Source: a virus (Duplodnaviria; Caudoviricetes). Taken from it: a DNA stretch of 64,000 nucleotides. How positions within the stretch are numbered: the stretch's first letter is position 1; every line of letters starts with the position of its first letter. The notes beneath the pieces were generated by a model. It saw nothing but the letters and a program-made list of their open reading frames with translations, was not told the DNA's origin and made no database searches. Where the stretch lies: IMG/VR virus record IMGVR_UViG_3300025674_000014, one strand, 5' to 3'. The translations under genes were made by a program, and so were the position numbers. This document shows positions 39,401-54,400 of this stretch, one piece after another.

Positions 39401-42400
39401 TTGGTGTAGGGGTTACTAATGGAATTGGTGTGTAATCATACTTACATGCATCATGATTGTAATCTTGAGCTATTTCAACATCAGATAATACTCTATTATA
39501 TAATTTAGCTGAATAAAATTCACTAGCTGCACAACCATTACAAAACATTGTTAACCAACCGTTAGTACATCTTGGTGTCATGTAGTACAATTTTCTTTGA
39601 TAACCGTCTTTACAGCAACCATTAACGTATATTCTAAAACACCCGCATGTGTTATCATAAGATGCTGCTACTGTGGTAATATTAGTAGACGATAATAAAG
39701 GCTGGCAACCCCAAGTATAACCAATATCACTTCCACATCTATCATATATATAAAAATCTAATGTACAATCGGTACGTCTGTAAAGATTGAATACATTTTC
39801 TAAACACATTAAACTACCTTCAGTTATACAATAAGGCTTAAATGTGGTGATAATTGTAAACCCAGGTGAATTATCAACCCTATAAATTGCGGTATCAGCA
39901 TCACACCAACTAGAGCAACACTTGTTTACGTTGCACATATAAATACCACCACCACAACACATTGAAATACTACGTCTTTTATCGCAGTATGTACTGAAAG
40001 AGTTATACAAATCATTGTTAAAACAGCCAATACATCCGTTTACTAAGTTATAAACATCACGGTTACATTCAGTGCTACCTGCAGATAACTCAGGAAAACT
40101 ATTTGGATTGCTAACATCTATATGCATTATCAATCCGCATTTATTTACACCTGTTTGGGTTCTTGTTGGTGTGTATGTCGGTGTATTACTGCTAGTACGA
40201 GTTTGTGTCTTAGTTACTGTAACATTACAAGTTGCGGTAGCTGAATGTGTATTAGTGTATGTAGCAGTTCTAGCTGGTGTGTTAGTTTGAGTTACTGTTG
40301 GTGTATTTGTTTGTGTGCAAGTAGGTGTGGTTGTAAACGTTGCTGTTTTGGTGTTTGTTAATGTTTTAGTTGGTGTGGTGGAACGTGTTTTAGTTGGTGT
40401 ATTTGTAGGTGTTTGTGTAGGTGTTTGTGTTCTTGTTCTTGTATTGGTTCTTGTTTGTGAAGGTGTTCTTGTTTGTGATTTAGTTCTTGTTCTTGTTTGT
40501 GTTACTGAATATGTAGGGGTTGTGGTAGGTGTTTGTGTAGGTGTTTGGGTTAATGTTGAAGTATTTGTTAATGTAGGTGTAGGTGATGAACCTTGAGTTG
40601 GTGAAACTGAAACTGTTTTAGTTGGTGTTGTTATTGGGTAATTTCCAGGGTATGGATAATAACCTAAGGTACATGTCCAATATGGAGGTTCTTCACCCCA
40701 ACCGAAAATAGTCATGCATTTTTCTGTCGTGGTATACAACCTTGTTTCTGCCATATAAGTTGTATTGTTACTGGCGTTTCTATTATTGAAACAAGCACAT
40801 TTTATACCTCTAGGACCACTACCAACATTTCTTTCACCTAAATAACATCCATTCATCCAGAATCTATAATAAGCTGATCCTGAAGAGTCTAAACATTGCG
40901 AAACCATATAATGGTTCCAATCACATACACTAAAGTTACAGAAACAACTATCTACATCAAAACCAACTGCATATACGTTACAACAATGAACGTAAAAACA
41001 ATTGTTGCTATTCATGTAAATTTCACTGTTACCGCATCTATTACTACATAATAATGAAAACCCGCATTGAGTAGTAGCTTTCCAATAACCTTGTAATGTC
41101 CACCCCCAATCGCACCCATCTAACATTATACCACAATTAATAAGTGATCCAGATGTAGGGTGAACTGTTGTGGTCATACAAATGTAAGTACAATTGCAAT
41201 CAAATTTAACCGACCCGGTACCATATCTATACTCATCTGTCGTAAATTTACCGCATGTTATACCAACATTACCGTAATTACAAGCACCGTAATCACATAT
41301 AAACCCATCACCATTATTACCATCCATTCTGAATGTATAAATGTTGTTATTGTAATAAGGGTCGCCTATAGCATTTTCAGTGTTTGTAACGGTAGGTGTT
41401 CTTGTTCTTGTACTTGTATTAGTTGGTGTACAAGTTCTTGTTTTAGTACATGTAGATGTTTTAGTTCTAGTACATGTATACGTAGGCGTTTTACTAGTTG
41501 TTGGTGAAGGCGATCTAGTAGGTGACGATGTTTGGGTTGGTGTTGGGGTTGTATAATGACCTTCAGGACCACTTATAGTGTAACTTAAAATAACAACACC
41601 GGATGAACCAGGTAACCCGTTAGGAAATTTATCTCCTCCATAGTTATAACTATAAACACCTGCACCACCATTACCGGTGTTAGGTATTGGGTCACTATTA
41701 CAACCATTACCACCTGTTCTTGCAGCATAATTACCAGCAGGAGCACCACCAGTTGCGTAAGTAGCAGATAACCCGGTAATATCACTTGTACAACCATAGC
41801 CGTTTTCATCTAAAGCACCACCACCATAAGTTGGCGGGCACCATGAATATGGTCTATATCCACCGCAATTACCTTGACCAGGGCAACAACCGCCTCTATT
41901 TGACCAGTTAGTACCGCCGCCACCGGAACCACCGGAGCAGGAAACACCATAACAACAATCAGCTCCCCTACCACCACCAAATGCTGTTAAATGTAAAAAT
42001 ATACTATCTTCACCGTTACAGAAATATCTACCTTGACCAACCTGAACGGTATGTGTACCAATTGATGAAGGAGCTAAGTACATAGAACCTTCTAAATAAC
42101 CACCGGCACCGCCACCAGCTGCTTGAGTACCATTGTTACGTACAACGCCACCAGAACCACCTGCACCTACTACCAGATAACATAATAAACAATTATCACC
42201 GTGATATTTGATACACATTGTATCGGTTTCATTGAAAACGTGTATACATTTATTACCCCATTGGTAACTACAAGTACCACCTGAAATAGCTATACTATTA
42301 TAAGTTGGTGTTGGAGTTGAACAAACACTTGACGTTTGAGTAACGGTTCGTGTTTGGGTAGCAGTCATTGTATTTGTTGGTGTAGCAGTTTGTGTAGCTG

Positions 42401-45400
42401 TAATTGTATTACATCTTGTTTTAGTTTTGGTAGGTGTTACAGCTCTTTCAGGTAAGTCGTACATATACCTGTATTTTTCGGTATCGTAATTTTCTTTAAC
42501 TTGAGCTTGGTTTAATGCACAATTATAGTATTTGTATGAACCTAAACCACCGCACATACGACAATTACCATCAGGAGCAGTACCAATAGTAAAGTAATTA
42601 TCAGCTGAATTACTCCAATAACAGGTCATACAAGTACCTTCGGAGTTAATCATATCAACTAATTCACCATTAACAAACAAACATGTATGATCTTTACTAT
42701 AAACACCTACAACATGAGCCCATTGCCTATTATGACCTTGCCCATTGAACAAATCGTTAGTTCTGGTTGCACCTGCACAAGCGCAATAATATCCACCGTT
42801 ACTTCTTCTAGTACCGAAAACAATACCTCTACCGTCGTAACTTCTAGGATAACCGTTCCATTCTGATACAAATAACCAAAAACCATAATCAGCAGCACCA
42901 TTACGACCGTAAGCTGCAATTGTTCTAGCGTAATACCTATTATCGATACATACCCAAGCTTCAACCGAACCCTCATCAGGGTTAATAGTGTCAGCCCAAT
43001 AATTAGGGGTGCTATATAATCTATTATCACCATTCCAATAAGTGTATTGCATACCGGTACCGGTTGATGTTAACGTCGGGTAATTTGTATAGCAAACATA
43101 TATATCAGTATCACCTTGTAAATTATAGAAAAAGCAACCACCTGATGCAGGGTAACTCAACGTATTATTAGGCTCAAAATATAAACATAAATTTGATGAA
43201 TACCCAACTGATGTTGGTGTGTAGTTAATAGTATTTGTTTTTGTAGGTGTGGGTGTATGCACGTAATTAGTACAAACATCACTTGCATCTTGATTAGCAA
43301 CTAAGTTACTTGTAACTATTCCACTTGTTTGTGTTTGTGTTCTTGTTGGTGTGCTACTATAAACTGGTGTGGGTGTTGGTGTGTTTGTACTAGTTTGGGT
43401 AGCTGTTCTTGTATTTGTTCTAGTACGTGTACCTGTAGGTGTTTGAGTTATTGTCTCAGTTATTGATTTTGTTATTGTCGGTGACTGAGTTATTGATTGG
43501 GTTTGTGTTGGTGTAAATGTATAGGTAGGTGTTTGTGTATTTGTAGGGGTAGATGTTTGAGTTTGAGATCTTGTTTGTGTAGGTGTTTTTGTTTGTGTTT
43601 TTGTTATTGTTCTAGTTGTGGTATTAGTTTTAGTAACTGTACCTGTTTGAGTTGGTGTTTGGGTTTGGGTAGGTGTTTGAGATCTAGTAGGTGTAGGTGT
43701 AGTATTAGGATTATCAGGGAATGGGTACTTAATAACTACAATACCATTACCACCGCGTGATCTAGGACCACCACCACCACCGGTACCATCAACACCTGCA
43801 GAGTTACTACCGCATCTACGACCACCGGAGCCACCACCGCCGCAGCCACCAACACCACGGCAGCCACCACCACCACCACCGACCCAACATAGGGTACCAA
43901 ACATTTCGAAACATACACCGACACCACCATCACCGCAACAACCAGTAGTGCCGTCACAAGATAACTGACCTGGTCCACCGGCACCACCACCGCCACCACC
44001 ACTAGATGAAGCACAAACTGCTCCACCATCATGACCTTGACCTGGTATACCAGCACCACCACAACCGCGATAACCACCGTTATCAACACTTGTACCACCT
44101 GCTCCGGAACCACCGGATTGACCGTTAAAACGACCACCGTTCCATGGAAGACCGGAATAACCACCTTGACCACCACCGCAAGCACTAATGGTACCGAACA
44201 TTGAGTTATAACCTCTAGTATAACCTTGATTCCAACTTGGGTTACCAAATGATGCAGCACCTACACTTACTTTAAAATTACCTGTTGTAGCTTGGAAAGC
44301 GCTCAATACAACACCACCGGCACCACCACCGCCAAGACCGTAGTTATACTCACCACCAGCACCACCACCACCACCGGCAACGACCATGGCTTCAATAGTG
44401 TTATAAACTTCACTACTAGCGGTATTGTTTACATAAAAATCATAATCATATACACATCTATAATCTGTACAAAATATATGGTAACGAAAACCTTCACATT
44501 GAATTTCACAACCACCAAACGCTCTTATATAATAAGAACCAGGTGAAGGTGTTACCGTTTGGGTAGCTGTTTGAGTTCCTGTTCTGGTTTGTGTTGGTGT
44601 CTGAGTAGCTGTTCTTGTTTGTGTAGGGGTATGGGTACCTGTTATAGTTTGTGTTGGTGTCTGGGTAGCTGTTCTAGTTTGGGTTGGGGTTCTTGATCTA
44701 GTTGGTGTTTGTGTTCTCGTTCTAGTTTGGGTGCGTGTTCTAGTTTGGGTGGCTGTTCTAGTTTGAGTAGCTGTTCTAGTTTGTGTAGATGTACGTGTTT
44801 GGGTTGGTGTTTGTGTTCTAGTTTGGGTAGGTGTTTGCGTTGGTGTTAATTGTGGTAAATTAAAACGTTGGAATGTTGCTTCATAATCATCTTGTACATC
44901 ATCAGCAGACATTTCCCTGTTATACATTTTAAACTGAGATATATCTCCGTTTAATCTACCTTTAGTATAACTATAACCACCAATTCTAGGTCTAATGTTA
45001 CCGTTATTTAAATCAGTAGGCGTTATATAATTATTATAAGATACTTCTGGATAACCATCTACATATAATGTAGATACCGTACCCGTACCAGGATAAAACT
45101 GATTATTTGGTGGTGTAAAACTACTTGTATAACGAGCAACTCCTTTAGTTACTCTAACATCTTGCATGTAACCATTTAAAGGTTCAGTTGAATATCCTGC
45201 AATATCACCAATTTCAGAATATGTCTGGGTATAGTTTCTTGTATCTGTTGCAGTATCAACTAAAGTACCGTTAACAAACATTCTTAAACTACCGCTTTCT
45301 CTTGTAAAAGCATAATGGTACCATTGACCTGAAGTTACACCATTCCATTCTACTATTCTTGCTCCTTGTGCATACCAACCAGTATCGCCATTAGCTCCTG

Positions 45401-48400
45401 TCCAAGTATTAAACCCATTAGATGCTCTAGTTGTAGAAACGTGTGTTATCCAATTGTATATAGAGTTGAAATAAATCCAATATTCAAGAGTAAAATCATC
45501 AGTACCAAAAGCCAAAGCTGATGATTGCCAAGATAGAAAATCTTCTGACCCTTGAAAATAACCACTAGTACCTTGAAATTTATACTCGTCATCTGTAATC
45601 ATTGCATTACCATTTGTGGTAATATTGTTATCAGAAGCTGATAAACTTGAATCGGTAAAGGTTTGTGATCCACTTAATCCATTCATATGTAAGAGTAAAC
45701 TTACATTTTCATAATACGGATCTACAGGTATATCATTATAACCTAAAGTTGCATAAACTTGATGCCAATTACCATCAGTCAAATCTGTATAACCGTCAGC
45801 ACTTAATGTATCGGCACCGGATAACAGAGTATTGTATGCTTGTAATGTACCGGTGTCAACATTAATACCTAACTGAAAGTTATCGGCATTATCTCCCGAA
45901 GGACCGTCTAACATAAACAATTTAGGACTTACCCCTCCGTCAATAGCAGAACTATCTGTTTTAATCCACATACCAACAGTAAATGCACTAAGGGTAGTTC
46001 CAACATTAAGATTATTATTATCTAGAACTATATCATTTACTGTGTAATATGATGATAATGTATCAGCTATATTATAAGATGGTTCAGATAAATTGTAATT
46101 AGCAAACGTAGCATTTGGTGGTGTAAAATCATCAGTGTAACGAGCTATACCTTTTGTAATTCTTAAATCTTGGATATAACCGTCCATTGAATCGGAATTT
46201 TGAAAGAAGTTAGATGTACCAATTATACTGCTTGAAACACCATTAAACAATGTACCAGAATAAGTTGCAGAGTTAAGTTCTGTACCATCTCTAAATACCT
46301 TAAAGGTATTACCGCTTCTAGTAGCGGCAACATGATACCAAGTATTAGTACTCCAACCTGAAGTATTACCTTGACTTGCATTAACTAAGAACGACCCAGA
46401 ATCAACAGATAAAAATCTTAAACCTTCTTCCCAGTGAAGGGCAAAAACCGTTACGTTACTGCTGTTATCTTGTTCACTATAATCTGTTAATATATAATGA
46501 CTCTCATCACTTGGTAAACTGTCAAATCTAACCCAAGCTTCAATTGTAAAATCATCACTACCAAAATTTGCAGCTGTGTTAGGTACAGTTAAATAACTTG
46601 AACCGGAGCCGTTAAAATAACCACTACTACCGCCCCATTTATACTGATCCGTACTTGTTACTGCACTACCGTATGTTGTAACGGTATTAACTGAGCTACT
46701 ACTATCTGTAAACGTTGTACCATCATTGTTACCATTCATATGTAATAACAATGAAACGTTAGGATAATATGTATCTCCTGATGCAAATTTAAAGTCATTT
46801 ACATTAGTTGTGAGATCATACCAGGTATTAGAATCTGCAGGATAAAATCCAGTAGAAGGTGTTCTTGTTGTTGTAGCTGTTTGTGTGACTTGAGGTGAAC
46901 CAACACAATATCTATTTTTATTGGAATTATATAAATTGTTTATATCTTGTTGAGATAATGTGTCATTAAAGACTTTAGCTTGACCAATTTTACCGGTAAA
47001 TAAATTACATGATGAATTCCAAGGATCTCTACCAATTGCAAAACAACCATGCGATGCATAATCAAGGAACGGTGTAATGGAATTGCTATTAACCATATCA
47101 CCGTTATAATACAATTTTGTACCATCAGTTGGTGAATATGTAAATGATAACTGATTCCATTCACCTGTAGATAAACAACCTGAGTTATAAACACAGCTGT
47201 CATTAACACCGCCTGTACCATATTGAACTTGGGCATATAAACAACTACCGCTGTTTGTACCTAATGCAGCTTGTCTGTTACCAGAATTAGCTGCATCAGT
47301 TATCACGTCAGCATCGGATAAACTATCAAAATTAACCCAAGCTACATAAGTTAAGTTACAACCGCTTGAAAAATCTTTTAATATGGAATCACCAACCATA
47401 CCATCACCACTACTGAAACAGAAGTATTTGATACCACAACTGGTTGTATATGTTGGCCCGCAAATTGATAAATTATAACTATTAGCTAAATCATACCAAG
47501 TTGTACCACTTGTATAACTAGAGGTATTATCAGCATCCCAATATGCTACTAAATTAGTAGAATATGGTGGTGTATTAGTAACGGTAGGTGTATTTGTTTG
47601 TGTTGGAGTTGGTGTTGATACAAATGCGCTTCTAATACTTGATGCATCTTGATTAGCAATTAATCCGCATGTTTGACCATGGGTTGATGTATTTGTTGGG
47701 GTTTGGGTTGATGTTCTTGTATAAGTTGGTGTAGCTGTTCTAGTAGCACTTGGTGTGTAAGTTGGTGTTCTTGTTCTAGTAGCGGTATTGGTAGCTGTTC
47801 TAGTACTTGTTCTTGTTTGGGTACTTGTTCTTGTTGATGTTTGCGTAGGAGTTTGTGTTCTTGTTCTAGTAGCGGTATTGGTAGCTGTTCGTGTAGCTGT
47901 TTCAGTGGATGTTCTTGTTCTAGTATTAGTTGGTGTTCTAGATTGTGTAGGGGTAGGTGTTGATGTAGCGGTTTGGGTTGGTGTTCTTGACTGGGTAGGT
48001 GTTCTTGTTCTTGTACTACCAGGTGTTCCTGATCTTGTGCTTGTACTAGTAACTGTTCGTGTACTAGTTACGGTGTTTGTAGCCGTTTGTGTTGGTGTTT
48101 GAGTTGGTGTTTGTGTTCTTGTCCTTGTCCTTGTAGGGGTGTTAGTTTGTGTATTTGTTCTGGTTTGAGTTGATGTTCTTGTTGATGTTGCTGTCTGTGT
48201 ACTTGTTCTTGTAGCTGTTTGTGTAGATGTTTTGGTGTTAGTAGGTGTTTGTGTAGATGTTCTAGTTTGAGAAGCTGTTCTAGTTTGGGTAGATGTTCTA
48301 GTAGAGGTAGGTGTTTGAGTACAAGTAGCTGTTTGAGTAGATGTTCTTGTATTAGTAGCTGTTTGAGTAGATGTTCTGGTTTGTGTATTGGTTCTTGTAT

Positions 48401-51400
48401 TAGTAGCTGTAGCAGTTGGTGTTTGAGTTGGAGATTTAGAACGTGTGACGGTTGCAGTAGCTGTCTGAGTAGCTGTTCTTGATTGAGTTCTAGTTCTGGT
48501 AGCCGTTTCAGTAACTGTAGGTGTCCTAGTTTGTGTTTGCGTAGCTGTTGGTGATGCCCCTTGAGTGGCTGTTCTAGTAGATGTTTGAGTTGGTGTTTGA
48601 GAACGGGTACGTGTATTTGTTCTTGTTTGTGTTGATGTCTGTGTAGATGTTCTTGTATTTGTAGGTGTTTGTGTTCCGGTAGTGGTTGTCGTATTAGTAG
48701 CTGTTCTTGTCTGGGTTGGTGTATAAGTTGGTGTATTAGTTCTTGTCTGAGTTACTGTTGGGGTTTGTGTAGATGTTTGTGTGGATGTTGGTGTAGATGT
48801 TACCGTCTGTGATGGTGTCTGGGTTGGTGTAAATGTTCTTGTCTTTGTATTAGTAGGCGTTTGTGTTGATGTTGGTGTGCTTGTTACTGTATTGGTAGCA
48901 GTTTGGGTAGGTGTTTGTGATCTTGTTTGTGTTGGTGTAGCTGTTTGTGAATGTGTTCTAGTTTGTGTTGGTGTATTTGTTGATGTTGCTGTTTGAGTTG
49001 GTGTTTCAGTTCTGGTAGCTGTTCTTGTCTGGGTAGGTGTTTGTGTTGGTGACTGAGTAGCTGTTAAAGTAGCTGTTGGTGTGTTTGTCTGAGAAGACGT
49101 TACTGTTTGGGTAGGCGTTGGTGTTTGTGAACTTGTTTGTGTTGGTGTTCTTGTTGCAGTTACATCAGGTGTATCTGTCTGGCTAGGGGTTCTTGTAAAT
49201 GTAGCTGTTCTAGTGTAAGTAGGTGTTTGTGTTCTAGTATTTGTTCTTGTTTGGGTAGGGGTTTGTGTAGGTGATTGAGTAGCTGTTTGTGTTACTGTAC
49301 CTGTTGGTGTTTGGGTTGACGTTCTAGTTTGGCTAGCTGTTCTAGTGGTTGTTCTAGTAGCGGATTGGGTAGGTGTTCTTGTTCTTGTTGCTGTATTAGT
49401 TGGTGTGTAAGTTGGTGTTGATGTAGATGTTTGACTTCTTGACTTAGTAGGTGTTTTGGTTTGTGTAGCTGTTGGTGTTTGGGTTTGTGTACCTGTTCTT
49501 GTACTTGTTGGTGTTTGGGTTTGAGTAGATGTTTTAGTATTAGTAACGGTAGCTGTTCTTGTCTGTGTTGGTGTACCTGTTCTTGTAGATGTTTGTGTAG
49601 CTGTTCTTGTACCGGTAATGGTAGCTGTAACCGTTGGTGTTTGTGTTTGAGTAGATGTTCTTGTTGCTGTTGGTTCAGCTGTTTGTGTTTGTGTTGTTGT
49701 TCTTGTCTGAGTTTGTGATCTAGTTTGTGTTGATGTTCTTGTACTTGTAGCTGTTGCCGTAACAGTTGATGTACTGGTTGGTGTTCTGGTTTGTGTATTT
49801 GTTCTAGTTTGTGTAGGTGTTTGTGTTCTTGTAACAGATGCTGTTGGTGTTTGTGTTTCTGTTCTTGTCTGTGTTGAAGTTCTTGTTACAGTAGATGTAG
49901 CTGTTTGTGTTGCTGTCTGAGTTGCAGTTGCTTCTGCTGTAGGTGTATTAGTAGCTGTTCTTGTATATGTCGGTGTTGCTGTTTGAGTTGGTGTTTGAGT
50001 TGCAGTAGCTGTACTAGTTTTAGTTCTTGTATTAGTAGCTGTTTGTGTAGCTGATCTAGTCTGGGTAGCTGTTCTTGTTTGAGTGGGTGTTGCAGAGTTT
50101 GTTGCTGTAACTGTTGGTGTAGCTGTATTAGTAGCTGTCTTTGTCTTACTAGCTGTTCTTGTTTGGCTAGCTGTTCTGGTTTGTGTATTAGTTCTTGTTG
50201 ATGTAGCTGTTTGCGTGTATGTTGGTGTATTAGTTCTTGTTCTTGTTCTGGTTGATGTAACTGTAGGTGTAATTGTTCTTGTTTGTGTAGGTGTTTGAGT
50301 TGCGGTAGATGTTACAGTTGATGTTTGAGTAGGTGTTTGTGTAACTGTTGATGTTGCTGTTGGTGTTTGAGTTGCTGTTCTGGTTTGGGTAGGTGTTTGT
50401 GTACCTGTTTGTGTATTTGTTCTAGTCTGTGTAGATGTTCTAGTAACTGAAGGTGTTGGTGTTAATTCAGGTAAGTTAAATCTTTGTCTTAAACTATTAT
50501 AACTTGATTCAATTTCATTCTCAGTTAATGCTGAATCGTATAGTTTTACGATAGCAATATCTCCAAACATGTCAGCTTCTAAAGTTTCACTGGTATTAAA
50601 GTTTCTACCAACCGCAAAAGCAGGCTGTGTGGTACTTCTTGAAGATGGTACGGTTAAAGTACTACCTAACTGGTCAGCATTAAAATATAATTTTAATTCA
50701 TTATTTGATAATGTTAATGCAACTTGAAACCATCCAGTTGATGATGATAAAGCTGGTAAACTACCATCAATACCTATAGTATAACTTGTACCACCTGATC
50801 TTAATTGACCAAATAACCTATTAGGTGCTGCTGAATAACCACTTCTGACTTTGTTAATTTTTATTAAATTACTATCATCAACATATAAGTACATTATCTG
50901 ATGATATCTATTAGTAGAAAATGAATCATCATCATATCTAACCCAAGCTAAAACCGTAATATTATCATTAAGAACGGGTAATGTACTTAAATTAGAAACA
51001 CTTTGTAAATAGTTTACACCACCAAAAGCTTGCCAAGTAGGCCAATTATAATATTTCGGTTGAGTTGCTTGATATAAATCAACGTCGCCAACTATTACAC
51101 TATCAATGCTATTTGATGTAATATCATCTACACCAGTAGCTGGATAAAATTCTAAAGATTGCGGTGTAAATGCAGCGTCATTTATAAACGGATATTTAGT
51201 GTTGTTATAATCAGCTTCAATTTCACTAGCAGTTAAAGCTTTATCTAGATAAAATCTTGCAACTGATAAATCTCCGTTCATATATGAACTATTACCTGAC
51301 ATAATAGTCCAATTAGCTCCTGATGTAATATCTCCACCAGGTCTATTACTAGCAGATGTAGCTTCTAATACACCATCTACATAAATTCTTAACTTAGTAG

Positions 51401-54400
51401 AATCCGCAACATAAGCTATATGATGCCAAGTGTCATCATTATAAGTATCAGAAGTTCTAGCTAATCTTTCTGTACCTGATGAATTTCTTTCCCAGAAATC
51501 TAGCTTACCACCATTAGTAGCATCTCCAAGCCCCCTCATACCTACCATAAAGTATGAAGAAGTACCGTTATAGTCGGTAGCTAAAGGTTTTGTATAACTA
51601 TGTGCACTTTGAGTAGAATCTAATTTTACCCAGAAAACAAATGAATATTGTTTATTATCTAAGGTAAAACTTCTACCTGTTGCTATATTATCATTACTAC
51701 CATCAAATGATAAGTAAGCTGGTGAATCTGGACTATAAGTTGCTCCATTAATAGTAGCATTATACGCTCCAGATGTTAAATCATATAAAGTTGAAGTTAA
51801 TGCACGCCTACTACCAGCATTAATATTATAATTAAATTCTAAATCTGAAGTTAATGAAGTTTCAGTACCCGTTTCGTATCTTCCAACTCCTTTAGTAACT
51901 CTAAATTCATCAATATAACCTTGTAATTGATAATTATCACCAATTTTAGATCCTGCAATGTTTAACGTTGTACTTGATCCATTATCAATAGAACCAGTAT
52001 AACTGCTGTTATTAGCCTCCATTACACCATCAACAAACAAATAAAATACACTATCTTTTCTTTGAAGTATTACATTATACCAAGTATTTGTACTTACTGA
52101 AGTGGTTGAAGCTAATACAGGTGCCCCATCATTCTTTAAATTATAAGCCCAAAATGTAAATAAATTTTGCCTATTCGGGTGGTCAGCGTAAAGTACCCAT
52201 TTATCACTACCCCAATTTCCGTCAACATAATTTTTAGTTATAGTAGTACCGCTACTACCGTGAGCGGTAATATAAACCCAAGTTTCAATAGTAAAATCAC
52301 CTGAACCGAATGCTGTACTAGAACTTGTACTATAACTTAACCAATCATTATTACCGTCAAAGTAAGCACTACTACCACCAAACTTAAATTGATCGGTACT
52401 AATTTGAGCATTACCGTTAACAGAAGCTGTTCTATTAGCACTACTACTATCAGTAAATGTGGTAGAACCGTCAGCTCCATTCATATGTAACAGTAACGAA
52501 GTGTCGCTATAATAGGTATCCGAAAGATCTCCGGTAGTGGTTTGATTAGCAGCATCGTAATATGCTATCAAATTACTGGTTATTGGCCCGGTAGCTGTTT
52601 GTGTTGGTGTATGAGTAGCTGTTCTGGTTTGGGTAGGGGTATTTGTTGCTGTTCTTGTATTAGTTGGTGTATTGGTTTGGCTAGCTGTTCTTGTTTGTGT
52701 ATTTGTTCTTGTAGCCGTAGCAGATACTGTTGATGTAGGTGTAGACGTTTTTGTAGCTGTTTGTGTTGGTGTTACTGCTCTAGTAGCTGTTTGGGTAGCT
52801 GTTCTAGTATGGGTAGCTGTTCTTGTATAAGTTGGGGTTGATGTTTGTGATCTTGTTCTTGTTTGAGTACTAGTTACCGTTGAAGTAGCAGTCTGTGTTG
52901 ATGTTTGAGTTGGTGTTGACGTTTGGGTATTTGTTTTTGTCTGTGTAGCTGTTCTTGTAGCTGTATTTGTAGCAGTCTGAGTAGCTGTTCTGGTTTGTGT
53001 AGGTGTTTGTGTTCTGGTTTGGCTAGCTGTACGTGTTTGTGTTCTAGTTCTGGTAGATGTAGCTGTTTGTGTTGCTGTAGGTGTAGATGTTTGTGTTCTT
53101 GTATTAGTAGCCGTTCTTGTCTGTGTTGGTGTAGATGTTTGGGTTGGTGTTCTGGTTCTTGTAACATCTGGTGTATCTGTCTGACTAGGTGTTCTAGTAA
53201 AAGTCGATGTTCTTGTATTGGTAGGTGTAGGTGTTGATGTACTAGTAGGGGTTTGGGTAGGTGTTTCAGTTCTAGTTACTGTTGATGTATTTGTTCTAGT
53301 TTGGGTTGGTGTTTGGGTAGCTGTTGGGGTTGCTGTTTGACTTGCTGTACGGGTCTGTGTTCTTGTTCTTGTATTAGTAGCAGTCTGGGTTGGGGTTTGA
53401 GTAGATGTTTGAGTTGCTGTAGCTGTTTGGCTTGCTGTTCTTGTAGCTGTTTGACTTGCTGTTCTTGTAGGTGTTTGGGTTTGGGTTGCTGTTGCAGATT
53501 GGGTAGCTGTTCTTGTTTTTGTAGGTGTTTGTGTTCTGGTTTCAGTAGCTGTTTGAGTAGATGTTCTGGTTTGCGTTCTTGTTGGTGTTTGGGTTGAAGT
53601 TCTTGTTGCGGTAACTGTAGCTGTTTGACTTGCTGTTCTGGTCTGTGTTCTTGTTCTAGTAGATGTTGATGTTTGTGTTGCTGTTGGTGTTGCTGTCTGA
53701 CTAGCTGTTCTTGTCTGTGTATGAGTCTGGGTAGCTGTTCTTGTTACCGTCTCCGTTGCTGTTCTAGTTTGGGTAGGGGTTTGGGTTGCTGTCTGAGTTG
53801 CTGATTGGGTAGCAGTCTGACTAGCTGTACGTGTTTGTGTTCTTGTTCTTGTTGATGTAGAAGTTCTGGTCTGGGTAGGTGTTCTGGTTTGGGTTGCTGT
53901 AGGTGTTTGAGTTGATGTTTGAGTAGGTGTTTGTGATCTTGTTCTTGTAACTGTTTCAGTTGCTGTTCTTGTCTGGGTAGGTGTTTGTGTTCTAGTATTA
54001 GTAGCAGTCTGTGTTGGTGTCTGTGTAACTGTACTTGTTACTGTTGGTGTTTGAGTAGCTGTTTGAGTTGCTGTATTAGTAGCTGTTTGGGTAGGGGTTT
54101 GTGTTTGGCTAGCTGTTCTTGTTTGAGTAGGGGTTTGAGTTTGGCTAGCTGTTCTAGTTACTGTAGCTGTTTGAGTACCGGTTTGTGTATAAGTTTGTGT
54201 ATTTGTTCTAGTCTGGGTAGATGTTCTAGTAGCCGTATTAGTTGCTGTTTGTGTGGGTGTTTGAGTTTGGCTAGCTGTTCTGGTTTGTGTAGGTGTTTGT
54301 GTTTGTGTTGCTGTTCTAGTATTGGTTGGTGTTTGCGTTCTTGTTCTAGTAGATGTTTGTGTAGCTGTTTGGGTGGGTGTTTGTGTCTGAGTTGAAGTTC

